Below, one piece after another: positions 1 to 28,655 of a DNA stretch of 64,000 nucleotides. The DNA comes from Amoebidium appalachense (taxonomy: Eukaryota; Protista; Ichthyosporea). Positions within the stretch are counted from its first letter, which is position 1. Each line of letters starts with the position of its first letter. Where the stretch lies: NCBI GenBank assembly GCA_963693365.1, contig CAVNZM010000002.1:8901059-8965058 (forward strand). Direction: 5' to 3'. The notes beneath the pieces were generated by a model. The model worked only from the letters and a program-made list of their open reading frames with translations, made no database searches and had not been told where the DNA came from. The translations under genes were made by a program, and so were the position numbers.

Positions 1-278
1 ACATACGTCTGCATCTGCATACACACGTAAACATGCTAATCCATGCACGCACACATGCACTCACACACCTGCAGTTACACGTACACACCCAGTGCAACAC
101 ACACACAAAAACACACACACAATCACCCGAGTACCTGCACACAAACACATCCACGAACGTGTACCCACAGGGACACTCCCGTGCATACACACGCAACACA
201 CACACACACACACACACATACATACACGCACATACACACAACACACGTCCACACACGCGTGCACACACACACACACAG

Positions 279-15228
<14,950 letters not shown>

Positions 15229-15380
15229 GCGATCTGGAAATAACGATCGGTCTAATCGGGGTTTCATGGGATAGCGAATGGATGGTCTGCTTTTTTTTTT
15301 TTTTTTTGCCCACCCTTGTAGGCCTATAATTTTTTTTTTTTTTGTGCGTGTGTGTGTGTGTGGGGGGGGGGGTGGGGGGG

Positions 15381-15421
<41 letters not shown>

Positions 15422-15782
15422 CTGCCTTTTTTGTTAAGTTAGGTATGGGACCAGGCGCCAAGTCGAAGTTTGAAAGTTTAATGGTGGGCGGGGAGGGAGG
15501 GGGGGGGGGGGGGGGGGTCGTTGAATTGTACATGTAATTTCATGGTTACAAGTAACAGATGGGTGATCAAACGTATACATAACATGATGGTTGTACATTC
15601 ATATAGGTAGCGAAGGTATTCGGGAGAATTAGGTAGACGGGTTTCCCTTTACACAGATATATGTACAGTAGCAGAAAACAAAAAACTGTGATATTTCGTG
15701 ACTACATATATATAAACCTGTGGATGGGGATATAATGAAACTACCTAGAATGTAGGGTGTTCTCAAAGATACTGAAGTTAGA

Positions 15783-15786
<4 letters not shown>

Positions 15787-15817
<31 letters not shown>

Positions 15818-16125
15818 AGTACGTACTATAAAATCTCACGAGTTGTGATAGAAAATGGCATGACGCGTTATCGCATGTCTGTTGTTTCGTTTCTAGTATT
15901 GATCTAGTTGGATGTTTAAGGCGAGGCCTAAGTCGGTCCGGAGCCGGCGAGCGGAAATAAAAGAGCGTCAGATTCATGGTGCGGCTAAGGGCTAAGTCTT
16001 GTTGAATCCAGCAAATGCAAGAAACCAAGTCACATATAGAAAATGAAGAACACACATGCATTGTAACACCCATCAAATGACCCACCCCAAAAAACGTGAA
16101 GGAATGAGCACTGACTGTAGGCAAC
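15787..16125 (-). mobile_element. Possible retroposed fragment (SINE or LINE 3' end) with poly(A) tail
   Basis: About 30 T on the + strand (poly-A on -) directly abuts ~300 bp of complex non-genic sequence in an intergenic gap. No TSD or recognisable ORF. Confidence 0.25.
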
Positions 16126-16294
16126 AAGGGGGGGGGGGAGGGTATTTTCTATGGTGCCGCGTGCACTGACGGCAAATTCAAATCATATACAAAGATTCAA
16201 GTTCCGGAACATGCATTGTCGCAGACATGTGCATTCGTTTCCCCCCCCCCCCCCCCCCCCCCTCCCCCCCCCTCCCCCCTCCCCCCTCCCCCCC

Positions 16295-16326
<32 letters not shown>

Positions 16327-17178
16327 ACCCATTGTACCACCACCACCACAACCACCTGGCAGAAATACAGACGGTTGTATGTTTTTCCCGTGCAGTTTCT
16401 TCGTGTGAGCCCGACACGAAAACTGTAAACACTTATGCGTGCATGACAGCCGCACCGTAATGACCCTTTGTGCAGAGTAGCTTTTTAGGAGCGCTATATT
16501 AGCAGGGGCTTCTGGGCGTGCGCATGAGCACACATAGTCTGACATTTAAGTACGAATATACATGTTCACGTACGTACACCGGAGCCCACTTCCCCCCCCC
16601 CCCCCCCCCCCCCCCTTTTTTCTTTTTTGTTAATCAAACAAAATCTAATGCAGGCAGTGTTAAACTACTGTACGGCTGGTGTGGTGGGCTTCTGTGGCCC
16701 GGTAGATCGATACCCACCAAAGAGACAGAGGTATCATTCTGTACCTACGACTATAAATAGTATGGCATGTGTAAATTTAGAAAGAAAAATTTATTGCAAG
16801 CGTTTCACAAACCTGATAATCTTCTAACAGATTTGGTTGATACGTACACACAGGCACAAACACACTGAGCGCAATGCACTGGCCATGGATAGGGGCAAAA
16901 TCACTGGAGCGAAATTAAACTAAGTACTTGATTCGACTGACTGGGCGTTGTAGAGTGGATAATGTTGTGATAAAAAGCGATACCATGCGCTCTGTGCCTA
17001 TAGCACACAAAATATTAAATTTTTTCAGAATGTTATAGCTCCACATATAGTTTGTCATCAACGGTTGTAACTTTCGTTTTCTACACGTGTACCTTGCTGG
17101 GTGGAAGTACTGATGGCCTTGGTGCCGACACTGGATCACAGCTCATCGTGACATGTCGCTGATAAACAGCACATCCCT

Positions 17179-17220
<42 letters not shown>

Positions 17221-17629
17221 AAAAAAAAATGACTGTAGGATGATACATGTGGTGTGCAGCCAGATCTAGAGTAATCGGGTTATTGGAATTTTGCAGCCGT
17301 TGCGGAAACCAGGCAGCCGTCCCCATCTAAAGCAGAAATTCAAACACGTGGAAACGAGGGATTTTCCCATAACTTTTTACACTCAATCGTATCCTAATTC
17401 ATTTTGTGAATGCAAAATACACTCTGAAGACGGTTTCAGCGTACCCAAACATCTTCACATCGTTCGCTTCTTAACTGACTGCGTGGAAGGGGGGCTGGGG
17501 GGAAGGGAGGAGGGGGAGGGGGGGGGGGGGGGGGGGGGATGTTCCCTACATAACGTCTGTTTGGGCGGTGGGCCCCCCCCACCTCCCACCCCCCAAGTTG
17601 GGTCCACCCCCCAAATTTGTTCCTCCTCC

Positions 17630-17673
<44 letters not shown>

Positions 17674-18249
17674 CCCTCCGCGGGCCCTTTTTTTTCAAAA
17701 TCAGGCCTTGGCGTATTATCCATCTGCAAGATTCTGCACACACCTTGTCATACACAGCACACACACACACCAAAACAGTGACTACAATACCGGTGGCCTT
17801 ATCGACATTTGAAGAGCTTAACGAGAACCCACCCACCCCTGCAGCTATAGCTTGTGGCAATTGCAAAAGGATTGGGGGCACCCGGGAAAGAGGGGGAGAG
17901 GGGGGAGGGGGGGGAGGGCGGGGGGGACAGGGGGAACGGGGAGGGTGGGGGTGGGGGTGTGAAGGGATACCATGAGCACACATACATATGCATCACTATG
18001 ATCTGCGGCCACTCCTTGCCAGTGATCGGCGACATATGTGTATTTTGTTGGAAACTTGCTACTTTTTTCGTTTCCGAACAATTCTTAGTAATATATATGT
18101 CACCTGAGTAGAGTTTACACCGTATTGGGGTGGATAGCGGCCCCTTACAATGTCCCTCTGGGAAAATAATGGAAGGAATTTTTACTAAGAATGAACAAAA
18201 AGGGGTAACCCAGGAGGTGGGGGCAGAAGAGGAGGAAGGGACGGGACAT

Positions 18250-18283
<34 letters not shown>

Positions 18284-18860
18284 GGGGGGGGGTCCCGGCA
18301 TGGTGGGTGGCACCTGTGTGTGGTGCGTCTGTGTATGAACGTGTATGTGTGTGGGTGGGTGTGTGGGTGGGTGGGTGGGGGGGGGGGGGGGGGGGGGGGG
18401 AGGAGGGGGGGGGGGGGGGGGGAGGGGGGAGTTGCTATGATTTTCGGATATTTGTGGGTTTTATAACACTGCGGAGGTTCACTTAGTTGAAATGCATGTT
18501 GGGCACGCTTGATTTTCCCACCAACTTTAAATGTTATCACGTAAGGGGCATTTGCGCATGTCGACTGTATAATCCGTTCAGTTTGTATTTATTGAAGCTT
18601 TACTATGATGATGAGGTGAAGTACGTCGAGGCTCGCTTACATACAGACTTGGTTCAATATATTTACATGTGGCTATAAACTGGGTGTTTTCCCCGTTATG
18701 TTCTGGTATTATACATCCGGTTGCAAAACAATCATTCATAAAGAAATTCTTTGACTACCGTAACTGGATTTTTTTTTTTAAAATGCGAGATTAAATTCCA
18801 GCCCACTAGCACGACTACAGTAGCATCGTATTACCTTATCCATTCTTTTGTCCTGTTTAC

Positions 18861-20571
18861 CTAATTTGTCTCCTCGGTCTTCATCGCACGCTCACTCTTA
18901 ACCACACTGAAAAGTGGGAAATAAGGTACAAGTCCCACCACCTGCACAACACCGGTTACGAGCCAAAGGTAACCCCACCCCCATTGGGAAAAAATCACGC
19001 CGCCCAAAAGGGCGGACGCGCTACAGACAAGGTTTACGATGCAATTCACGGACTGCCAGCGGCTCATTTGATTGGGCGGGCTGTAGTCCATCATGACAGA
19101 CTTGGACACGGGCATGGATGCGTCACGTGCACCGTGTCTCAACAAACAAACGAAGCAAAACGCCCGCGGTGCAGAACGCCAAACATGCTGCGGTAGAGCG
19201 AAAATGAACATCCCGGCCGCACTTATCACTCGCAGACAGAAAATAACCGGAATACGGCATCCCACGCGGCATACAGCGACGTTTGCGAGGTAGACCAACA
19301 AGCAGGAAACGAGGGAAGAGAGGAGGCACACGACATCGACGGAGACGGGGGGAAATGTTCAGTTCGTTTACGAAATACAACATGTAGAAGCGCGCGCCCC
19401 GCCATTCCCTGAAAGGATTCGATGATATCCGCCGCGGCGAGAAAATAGGGTACCCACTCTGGCCGCGGCGCTGTGCTAGAAACCAAAAAAATGTTGTTGT
19501 TTCTGTCCGTGGTTGTGTTCAGTTTAACGTCATTTGTCACAACGTCTTCAGAATGATTCTTTTTGTTGCCACAAGAAGGAGAGTCAAAAGTGATTTCCGT
19601 GGTGACGGCTGGAGGCATATCAGTCGCTAGAGACGATGGGGTGCACGTTCCTGTTTCACTGTCCGCATTTCTGCTAGAACCCTCGCCATTAGATTCAACC
19701 GCATCAGCACCCTTACTTGACGAGCTATTGCGGGGGTCTTTCAAGGAATAAAAACAAACGCGTCAAGTAATAGAACCAGATAGGCAAAATAAACCAGAGT
19801 CATGCGCGGTACCGTCCACACATCCCCAATGGCCGTAAACATTGCGATGCTGAAAATCGGGGCGATAGCCGACGCCAACAGGTTGCACACAGTAAGCACA
19901 GACTCATACTTGCTGCAGGAACCTTTCGGTACGGCCGCGGCATAGAGCGCGCCTATAGAAGGCTGAGAGACACCTTGGTGGAACGCCTCGGAAAAAATCC
20001 CCGCTGCAAGAAGCCCGTAGGTTTGGTACCATGTTGAGAAGGGGCGAAACACGCCGGCGGTCTGTAGAGCAAACGATGCCAACCCAAAAAGACCGCCTAT
20101 GCGAATAACTGTGTCTTTCCGGTGGCGGTCTGCCAAGTATGCTGCGGGGATTCCCGCCAAAAACTCGAATATCCCGCGACCTGCAAAAATGTAGCTGTTG
20201 TACACGGGGCTACGGGTGGTTTCCTCGGTGTAAGGTGATTGTACTGTGAAAAGCATACCGGCGTACGCACCAAACACTACTTGGTAGGCAAGGGTTAATG
20301 CTACATTTGAATGAAGCCCGCGAAAGGTCGCCCAGAAACTTTGTTCGCCTCCTTGGTGTGGGATTTCTGCGGGGTTTTTTAAGTCACTGTGTGTATGCAT
20401 CAGTTGTGAGTTTTGCAAATCCGGCTCTAAGATTGGTTTTTCATCAGCAATACTGCTTGTGTACATGTGCGTGTAGTTTTGGGGGTCTGTGCTGGAAAAC
20501 GCCGGTGTGGTTTGTGTTGTATGGCAGCAAAACCCTATGGTTGAATCTATTTCACTATGTGTTTTCGCCAT
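18861..20571 (-). CDS. Major facilitator superfamily transporter, intronless, interrupted by three 1-nt indels (assembly errors or a recent pseudogene)
   Basis: The N-half ORF 19741-20571 has six hydrophobic segments and motif-A-like AYLADRHRKDTVI. It is followed by a hydrophilic loop and a C-half (LYFVNELNISP/VSVDVVCLLSSLVS...PVSKSVMMDYSP...SALLGGVIFSQWGWGY). The frame is restored by single indels in or next to homopolymers at ~19750-19754, ~19397-19400 and ~19347-19352. Confidence 0.8.
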
Positions 20572-21618
20572 TTTCTAACTTGCCACTGTAAAAGAGTGGA
20601 GTTCGTGTGTGTGTGATCAGTTCACTCTAGGGATCAAAGCCATACATAGTGCGTAAACCCCCATGTGAGTGTGACAGTGTGCGGGAAATGAGAAATGCGA
20701 ATGTGCCACGTGTTAATACCCCGTAAGCTATCGTGTTCGTCCCGTCTGATTGGCTTATCTGTGTAAACAAATAGTCCCTCTAAACCTATGTGGGGTCGTG
20801 TGATCGCTTTCAGCAAGATCTAGATTAAATTTCATAACATTAGTGCCGCACTAAAATTGTATATAATTTTCATTAGTTATACTTACGGCAACGTGTACGT
20901 AGTCCTATACATGGAACGGATTTTCTCTTCTTTAGGCTGGAAGTAGGCCAGTCGCTCTGATTGAGTCACTCGCTCCGAGTTGCACTCGCACGACGCTACG
21001 GCTCACAAAAACGATTACCGGAATTTGGAAATTGGAAACGTTGCGCGGTCTAGGGGAAGGTTTTCAGCAAACCGATTGGTGCATGTTGAACTATTTTCAT
21101 TGGCGTTCAATATTGATTGGATACAGTGCGGGGATTTGTACGGCCGCCGGAACTTCGATTCGGAAGTTCGGGGCTAGCAGTAACGTAGCCTATGTAGCCT
21201 ATTAGTTGGTCACTCTACAGAGGCTACACAGTAGAGTGTTGCTTTTGCATAATTTTCAGAAACTTATAACACAGTGTGCAACAGTGTACGTCTTAGCATT
21301 CTGATTACAGTTAAAAATGCGAAAACACACCACAAAGCTAAGTAGGCGATACATGTGGACGCTTGAGCATGTAGCATACCCACTTCCCGATCTCACATCT
21401 TTCTTTTGGTTGCCTCTCCAAATTACCTCAGCCAATTTACCAGACGATGGTACGTACCACAAAAAGGGGAAGAGGCTCAAGCTAACGGAGGACCGGAGGG
21501 GTGGGTTAGAGTGGGGGGCCCGGGGGATGGGGGGGGGGGGGGGGGGGGGGGGGAGGGAGGAGGGGAGGGGGGGCAGGGATCGATGGGAATCCGAAGTGGG
21601 CGGGCGGAAGGGGGAGGA

Positions 21619-21661
<43 letters not shown>

Positions 21662-21828
21662 AAAGGGGAAGCCTAGGGCCCGGGGAGAGGGTCTCCCTCT
21701 CCCTCTCTCTCCCGTTCCTCTCCCTCTCTCCCCTCCCCCCCCCTCCCCCCCCCCTTCCGGCCCTTTTTTATCTATCTCTCCCTCCCTCCCTCCCGTCCCT
21801 CCCTCTCCCCCTCTCCCCCCCCCCCCCC

Positions 21829-21869
<41 letters not shown>

Positions 21870-22152
21870 TCTCCCTCCCTCCCTCCCTCCACAGGCTCTT
21901 CTCTCTCTCTCTCTCTCTGAGTCTCTCTCTCAATCCCTCAGCGCTCTCTTTTTATCTCTCTCTCTCTCTCTCCGGATCCCCTTCCCCCCCCCCCCCTCCC
22001 CCCCTCCCCCCCCCTCCCCCCTCCCCCCTCCTCCCTTTTCTAGTAATCACTAGAGTCTATCTCAGTCCCTTCCTCCCCATTTCTCAGATCTAACCTTTTC
22101 TCTCTCGATCTCTATCAGCTATCTATCTATGTATATATCTATGTTTTTTTGA

Positions 22153-22189
<37 letters not shown>

Positions 22190-22499
22190 ACAGTGTGTGT
22201 GTGTATGTGTGGGTTATATTTTCTTGCATGCTTATCAATTGCAGATGATGACATATTTGCAAATCCTCTGCGGAGAGAGAGTGATGCAAATGACCGTTAG
22301 AATCTTCATTAGGCTGATGAGTTCAAAATACACGACTCTGGTTTGTCTTTGTGTGATGCTAGTATTGAAATGGGGCATTCATGTAGGCAGGCGAGCAGGT
22401 GGTGATGGTCGTGGTGGTGGTGGTGGGGGTGGGGGGAGGGGGAGGGGGAGAGGGGGAGGGGGCATGTGTCACCGGCACGTGTGTGTGGGGGCAGGGGAC

Positions 22500-22539
<40 letters not shown>

Positions 22540-23444
22540 CTCTCTCTTGGCACCTAGGAGCGATTGATATTCACTATTTGGGTTCCGTTTGTGTGGGTAC
22601 GTATACAGGCAATTTTTGAAGGAGTGTGCATGATTGCGTTTATATGTGGGCAGAAAGGGACGGGGAATATAAGGAGGAGGATGAGGAAGAGGGAGGGGGG
22701 AGGGGGGGGAGGGGGATGTATGTACATATGCATTAGAGGGTTGGAAATACGGAGGAGCCTCCAGAGGACAAAACACAAAACGTCACCCAAAAAAAAAAAA
22801 AAAAAAAAAAAAAACCGGAATTATCGAACGTGCAGACAGCCTGAGACACTTGAACAGAGCCCACTATCAACGGGCTCCCCATCATACACGATCTCATGTG
22901 TTGTTCCCAACCCATCCTTTGTTTCAACGGCAGTGGACCAGCAATGTAAAAACACGATGCCCATAATACCTGCAAGTAGACAGTAAGTCCATAACCTAGA
23001 GAGAAAAAAAAGGGGGAAAAAAAGGGGGGGAGTGGGGGGGGGTTGAGCTACGGTAAGTCAGTTTTCTATTCAAGGGAACCAGCCCTCGGAAAGCAGGTTT
23101 TTGTTCAACCGCTTCTAGTGTAAGAGCAAAAAGTGGAGACAGGATGGGGAGGAAGAAAATCTCAACTAAACATAACAAATTATCACGGATTTTTTCATTT
23201 GGTCGGAAATAGTACATACGGTAGGTACTCAGTAATGAAAGAATGAATAGGCCGTGAATATGTACAATAGTTTACACTGGTTACACGATAGAACACCTAG
23301 TGCATTAAAACAGGGTTTTCTTGAAAACTTCATAATGGTGGTGCCTAATCACATTTCCCTACCCTCAATCAAAGTAACACGGGCCAATGAAAACACCTCA
23401 TAAAACCAAGCATTTCATAGAAAGGCATTAAATCGCTAATTAAT

Positions 23445-26341
23445 TTAATTTTCCAGGGCGCCCGTGGAGGTAGAGCCACCGACAAAGTTCCATGTCTTTC
23501 CGCTCTGCTTCCACTGAGGCTCGTAGCGAATGATATTGCGCCCATTCGAGAGCGTGTCGTTCTTGTCCGAAAGAAGGCGGATAATCATGTTCTTGTTTTC
23601 ACCCTCGTTCCCTTCGATTACGGACGAGCTCTTGATCGTAATTTGGCCTCCGGTGTGGAGGGCGTACATGGTGTCCCAAACGGCGCCTCCCTTTGTGCAT
23701 TTGTTGTTGCGGAAAACGGCATCGAGCGTCACACGGCCCTCCTTGTAGATCCGATTGTTGGCGATCACGGCAGCACGATCGCCGATCGCGGTGTTGTTCT
23801 CAAAAACACCCTGTGTGCGGGAAAGTGTTTTGTGTTCACTGTTAGCTGCAAGTACGCGAAAAAACGTTTCTGGGTGTATAGATAAACGTCAGAGAACCTC
23901 ATGTGGGCTGGGGGTTTTGTGAGACTCGTATCACATGAAATGTATCCACCAATCAAATCGTAGCGAATTCCGCACGGTGATTGGATGTCATGCAGTTATT
24001 ATCTAGACCGATGTTTTAACGCAGAAAGTGAGAAGGGCAGGGAGCAAGCGGTGGTAGTGGTGATGCGGAGGGCCCGGGGGTGAGGTGGGTGGGGGTCGGG
24101 GGTAGGGGGTCCGTTAATAGGTTGTGTTCCGAAGCCATGTATATGTGAATGCATCCTAGCAGGTGCAGAGCGGGGAAGCAGAGAGAGAAAAAATGGAGTT
24201 AGACATCGTTGCAGGGGTTATTGTGCAAACTTGAACATAGATTCTTTTTGGATGGGTGTTTGGGTGTTTGGGGGGTTAGGGGGGATGAGGGGTTAGGGTT
24301 TAAGTATGTGAGTGTTTGTGGCGGAGGGGGAGGGGCGAGGGGAGGGGGGGGGGGAGAGAGAGAAAGAGAGAGAGAGAGAAAAAGAGAGAAAGAAAAAGAG
24401 AGAGCTTTTTTTTGGGGGGAGGGGGGGAGGGGGGAGGGGGGAGGGGTTGGGGAAGGGGGGGGCTGTCTTGCAAGATATGTGTTTCCTCCCCCCCCCTTCC
24501 CCCCTCCTCCCCCCCCCCCCAAAAAAAAACACAACATTACTAAGTCATACACATGGAAAACACAGAATCACAACAGGCACCAACCTTGATTGTGACGTCG
24601 CCACCAACGTTTTGAATCCACGCAGCGCCACCCCTGCACCCGTACTTCTTGCTCCACACACACTGGTTGTTAATGAACTTGGAATCAATGACGATCGTGG
24701 CAGTGGTGTTAATGTCCTTAACGTAAAGCGCGGCGCCGGAATCGGCCTTGTTCGACTCGAAAACGTTGTTCTCCAAAACGAGAGAAGCGTTGGAATGCAT
24801 TTCAAGAATCATGAACGCGGCCCCGACACTATGACCGAACTCGTGAACGTTCTCCTTGAATTCGGAATCGCGGAAAATCGCGGCGCGGTAAAGGTGGTTG
24901 AGCCAAATCGCCCCGCCGCCTTCGTACCTCTCGCCCTTTGCACCGACGCGGTTTGCAACGAAGCTGCTGTCGGTGATGTTGACTGAACCGGTGCGGCCGA
25001 TGAAGAAAACGGCACCACCACGCGCCTGCAAGATGAATTTGTTGGGGGGGGGTTTTTTTGGGGGTGGGGGGGGGGAGGGGAGGGGGTTAGGGGGGAGGGG
25101 GGAGGAGTGGATTGAAGGAAGAGGGAGAGTGCGAATTTGAAGGGGGGCGAAGGGGGGAGGGGGGAGAGGGGGTGGAAAGGGAAGATTGGATGGAGGGAAG
25201 GGTGGGGAAGGGTAGGGAGGGGGCAAGGTGAGGAGACGGAAGAGGTCGTGCTATTCGTAGGCATCGAGTGTCATACCTGGATTGTGAAATAGGCGTGCCA
25301 AAAAACGTGAAGTTAACGATGTATGTGTGTGTCTGTGCGTGTGTGTGTGTATAGGAGGGGGGGAGGGGGGGGGGGGGGGGGGGGGGGGGTATTTCGATAA
25401 AGCTGGCTTTGTCTTCAGGTGATGAGGAAGGTAAAGGCGAATCAGAAACAATTTCTTTTTTTCTGGGGGGGGGGGGGGGGGGGGGGAGGGGGCGAGGGCG
25501 AAGAGGGAAGGATGGAAGGGAGACATTCCGAATCTTTTACGTATTAAAGTTGCATACCAGCATCAAATGCCTGTACATTACCACTAGTCAATAGGCAGGA
25601 GGGAGTCTCTGTGTGTATGTCGTGTGCATGTATTGCTTGTGCGGAGAGAGCTGGGAAGGGGGACAGAGATGCACGAATTACCAGCGTCTTGAACTTTGTG
25701 AAGGCACAGTTCGAAACACTCAGAGACACGGGGCCGGTGGTCTCCTTCACAGGAAACTCCCCGTCGCCAAGCTCGGGCGTGCGCAGAACGGACGAATACC
25801 TGTCATATCCAGCACCAACAAAAGACAATTTGGAGAAGGAAATCTTCTGGTTGTTTCCGACAGCACGGAGAAGGCCACCCTCCGCAATATCCATGTCTAC
25901 GTTCACGGTGGCGCGACCGGTATCAACACAACCCACGAAGTTCAAACTCTTGTTGAACTTAGTCTCACCACCAACTGTAATTCCGTCCGCGAGGAAAACA
26001 GTCGCTCCGGCCTTCGCGGCATCCACAGCGGCAGTGAGAGACTCGTAGCAAGTTCCGTTAACGGAGATTTTGCACCCATCCTTTCCACACTTGGAGTCTG
26101 TGGCGGCCGGTGCAGCAGCGGCGGTTTTTCCACCAGCAGGCTTGGCAGCAGCCGGGGCGGGGGCGGGGGCGGGGGCGGGAGCAGGGGGGGTAGTACCATC
26201 AGCAGGGCCGATGATTTTACCGGTGGCTGCGTTCGCAAGCATCATTTTGCCTGTGGCGGAGTCGTAAACGGTGACCGTGGTGACGGCACACACGGATGAA
26301 AGGGCGGCGCAGAGCACCAAGGCGGCGCTAAGGACTTTCAT
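23445..26341 (-). CDS. Secreted right-handed beta-helix protein (pectin-lyase-like / Pmp-type GGA[ILV]-FxxN repeats), 488 aa
   Basis: Exons 26341-25682, 25025-24585 and 23810-23445, all phase 0, GT-AG. Signal peptide MKVLSAALVLCAALSSVCA, a PAPAPA linker and YESLTAAVDAAKAGATVFLADG (beta-helix cap). Repeated RGGAVF, FVAN, GGGAIW, FKEN, FESN..SGAALY, FINN..RGGAAW, FENN, FRNN..GGAVW. Confidence 0.88.
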
Positions 26342-28034
26342 GGTGAAAATGAAAGGGATTAATATTTGGAAAGGGAAAGGGGGGTTGTTTTGTGGGTGAA
26401 TTCGAACGAGATGTGACAAAGAAGCGGTGCTTGCGACCGCTTTAGATGCTATATTACTTGCACACCTCGTGTTCGAACTGAAAGGTGTGGATGGAAGTGT
26501 TCTGGTTTTTATCCAGAAATGCGGCCGCCAGTACCGCCACTCAGGTCAGCTCAGGCCAGCACGCCACAGTCACCTGTACGAGTCGTTGAGGTGATTGGCT
26601 AAGGGATTTGATTGGTGGCTCAAACTTTCGAAACCAAAACAGTGTATCCCCACATACTCTAATTTTCATTTGGACCCCCAACAAGATCTGATCTTGATAA
26701 GACTAGGGATATATACAGCAGAGCCGTTTATATCAGTAAAAGCATATTTATGGTGTATAATAAATAATAATGATATTCAATACTACTTATTGCTAGCAAC
26801 GCACAATAATGGTAGGTTTGGAGCGGTATACGAAGACTAAAAAGTATTTTGGGACACACAGGAAAGTTTGAGCAACATCTTTGGAGAAACCGTTATGAAA
26901 TGGGCAAACACTTTTGAGATTACGAAAGAAACGTGGTGTCCGATATCACTGGTTAGCTGCCTGCAAAGCCAAGTAAAACCTTATCAGGGTCGTGTTTTTT
27001 CACCTGTTAACTTAAAAAGTAGCTTTTTAGATAAAATTTTGTCTTTTTTACCCCTTTTTCATGCCCCATCCCAACTGCGTTCCCTGTAGAATTCAAGCAA
27101 CAAAGTTTCGTCTCTGGCTATATGGCGTCCTTTTCGTTCTGCCCCTCTTCGAATAAGGGAGCCTCCCATTTGACGCTCAAGTTCAAAGATTTCCTCTCAC
27201 TAATAGCCAAATAAAGCTATTTTACGGCGTGTGATTGGTCGCTTGCACAAGGCTGCTGCAACGCTTAAAGATGTTGCGATCCCTACCAGTGGCCATTTCA
27301 CTATTCATATAGGACGTATGTATATACCGTGATATATCTCGTTTTTTTTTTTTTTTTCGACATATAGAGTTTGTGTAGCATTATTACCCATGTAGGTTTG
27401 ATGCATAGTGCTGCATAGGCTATCGATTTTTGAAGCGAGTTTCCCTCAAGTTCTGAAGCTGCCACGTGTCCTGTTATATCCGCGCGGCCACCTACGTAAT
27501 CGACCTCGAGACACTGCAGCTCAGTGTCAGACAGTCGCCCGGCATCTTAGCTGTAGCGTGTGCACTCTGTGCAGCCTAGCCAGGCCCGATCATAACGTTT
27601 TTACGGTAAAAAATACCCAAAAGTTTCCAAAAATACCATCAAATTTTCAGTATGTTGGTAGGCCCCCGCAAGTTTCATGGTAGGTTACCGCAGGACGCCC
27701 CCTTCATCCTCCTCTGACTTGGTATGAAAAATACCATATCCCCCGGGCCAAAATACACCGGGGCTTGAAAAAATACCGAGAACAATGATCTGAATTTTCG
27801 GGCCTGCAGCCTACTACAGACGCGTCAGTGGATTGGACGTGATGATCATGTTTGACGTCTGTTTGTAGCTGGTATACGTGGAGTTGGTACGTGGGCATGC
27901 ATGTTCAATTTTGCGGGCCGTTCATGATCAATCGAGGAGAACACGGGATGCCGTTGACAAGCGTGCAGTGCTAGCAGGCTGGCAGTGCTGTCAGTACTAG
28001 TGCACGTGACTGAAATTTTTCGTTTGTGATCATC

Positions 28035-28617
28035 ATGAGTGCGTGCGTGCGTGCGGCGTGCGTGCGTGCGCACGGGTGCGTGCTTGACAATGTGTGGCCA
28101 CTGGGCGTGTGCGTGTGTGTATGTGTGCACGAGTGCGTGACACTGTGCGCATGTGTGTGCGTGTGACTGTGTGTGTGCGTGTGCACGTGTGTGTGTGTGT
28201 GTGTGTATGACACGTGTGTGTATGTGTGTGTGTGTGTGTGTGCCACGGTGTGTATGTATGTGTGTGCGCGCGCGTTGTACCTGTGTTGTCATGGGACATG
28301 TGTCAGGGTGGCTGTATTTTCACGGTGGTGTTCGTACATTGTGTATACGTAGTGTGTGTTTGGGTGTGTGCATTTGCTACGGCACTGGTGTGCCACGTGT
28401 GTGAGCCATGTGAGTGAGTGCATGTGTACGCATGTGTGTGGGTACGCGTGTGCGTGTGCGTGCGGGTGCATGTGTGACTGTGTGTGCGTGGGTGACTGTG
28501 TGTGTGCGTGTTCGAATGTACTTCAGTACATGTGTCATACGGTGTGTGTGACGCTGCGTGTGTGTGTGACACTGTGTGTGTGGTGTGTGTGCGTGCACGT
28601 GTGTTACACGTGTGTGT

Positions 28618-28655
<38 letters not shown>

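Noticed and set aside
19347-19754. Programmed ribosomal frameshifting in the MFS gene
   Set aside because: There are three indels in different directions at or near homopolymers with no slippery-site or pseudoknot pattern. Sequencing error or decay is simpler.
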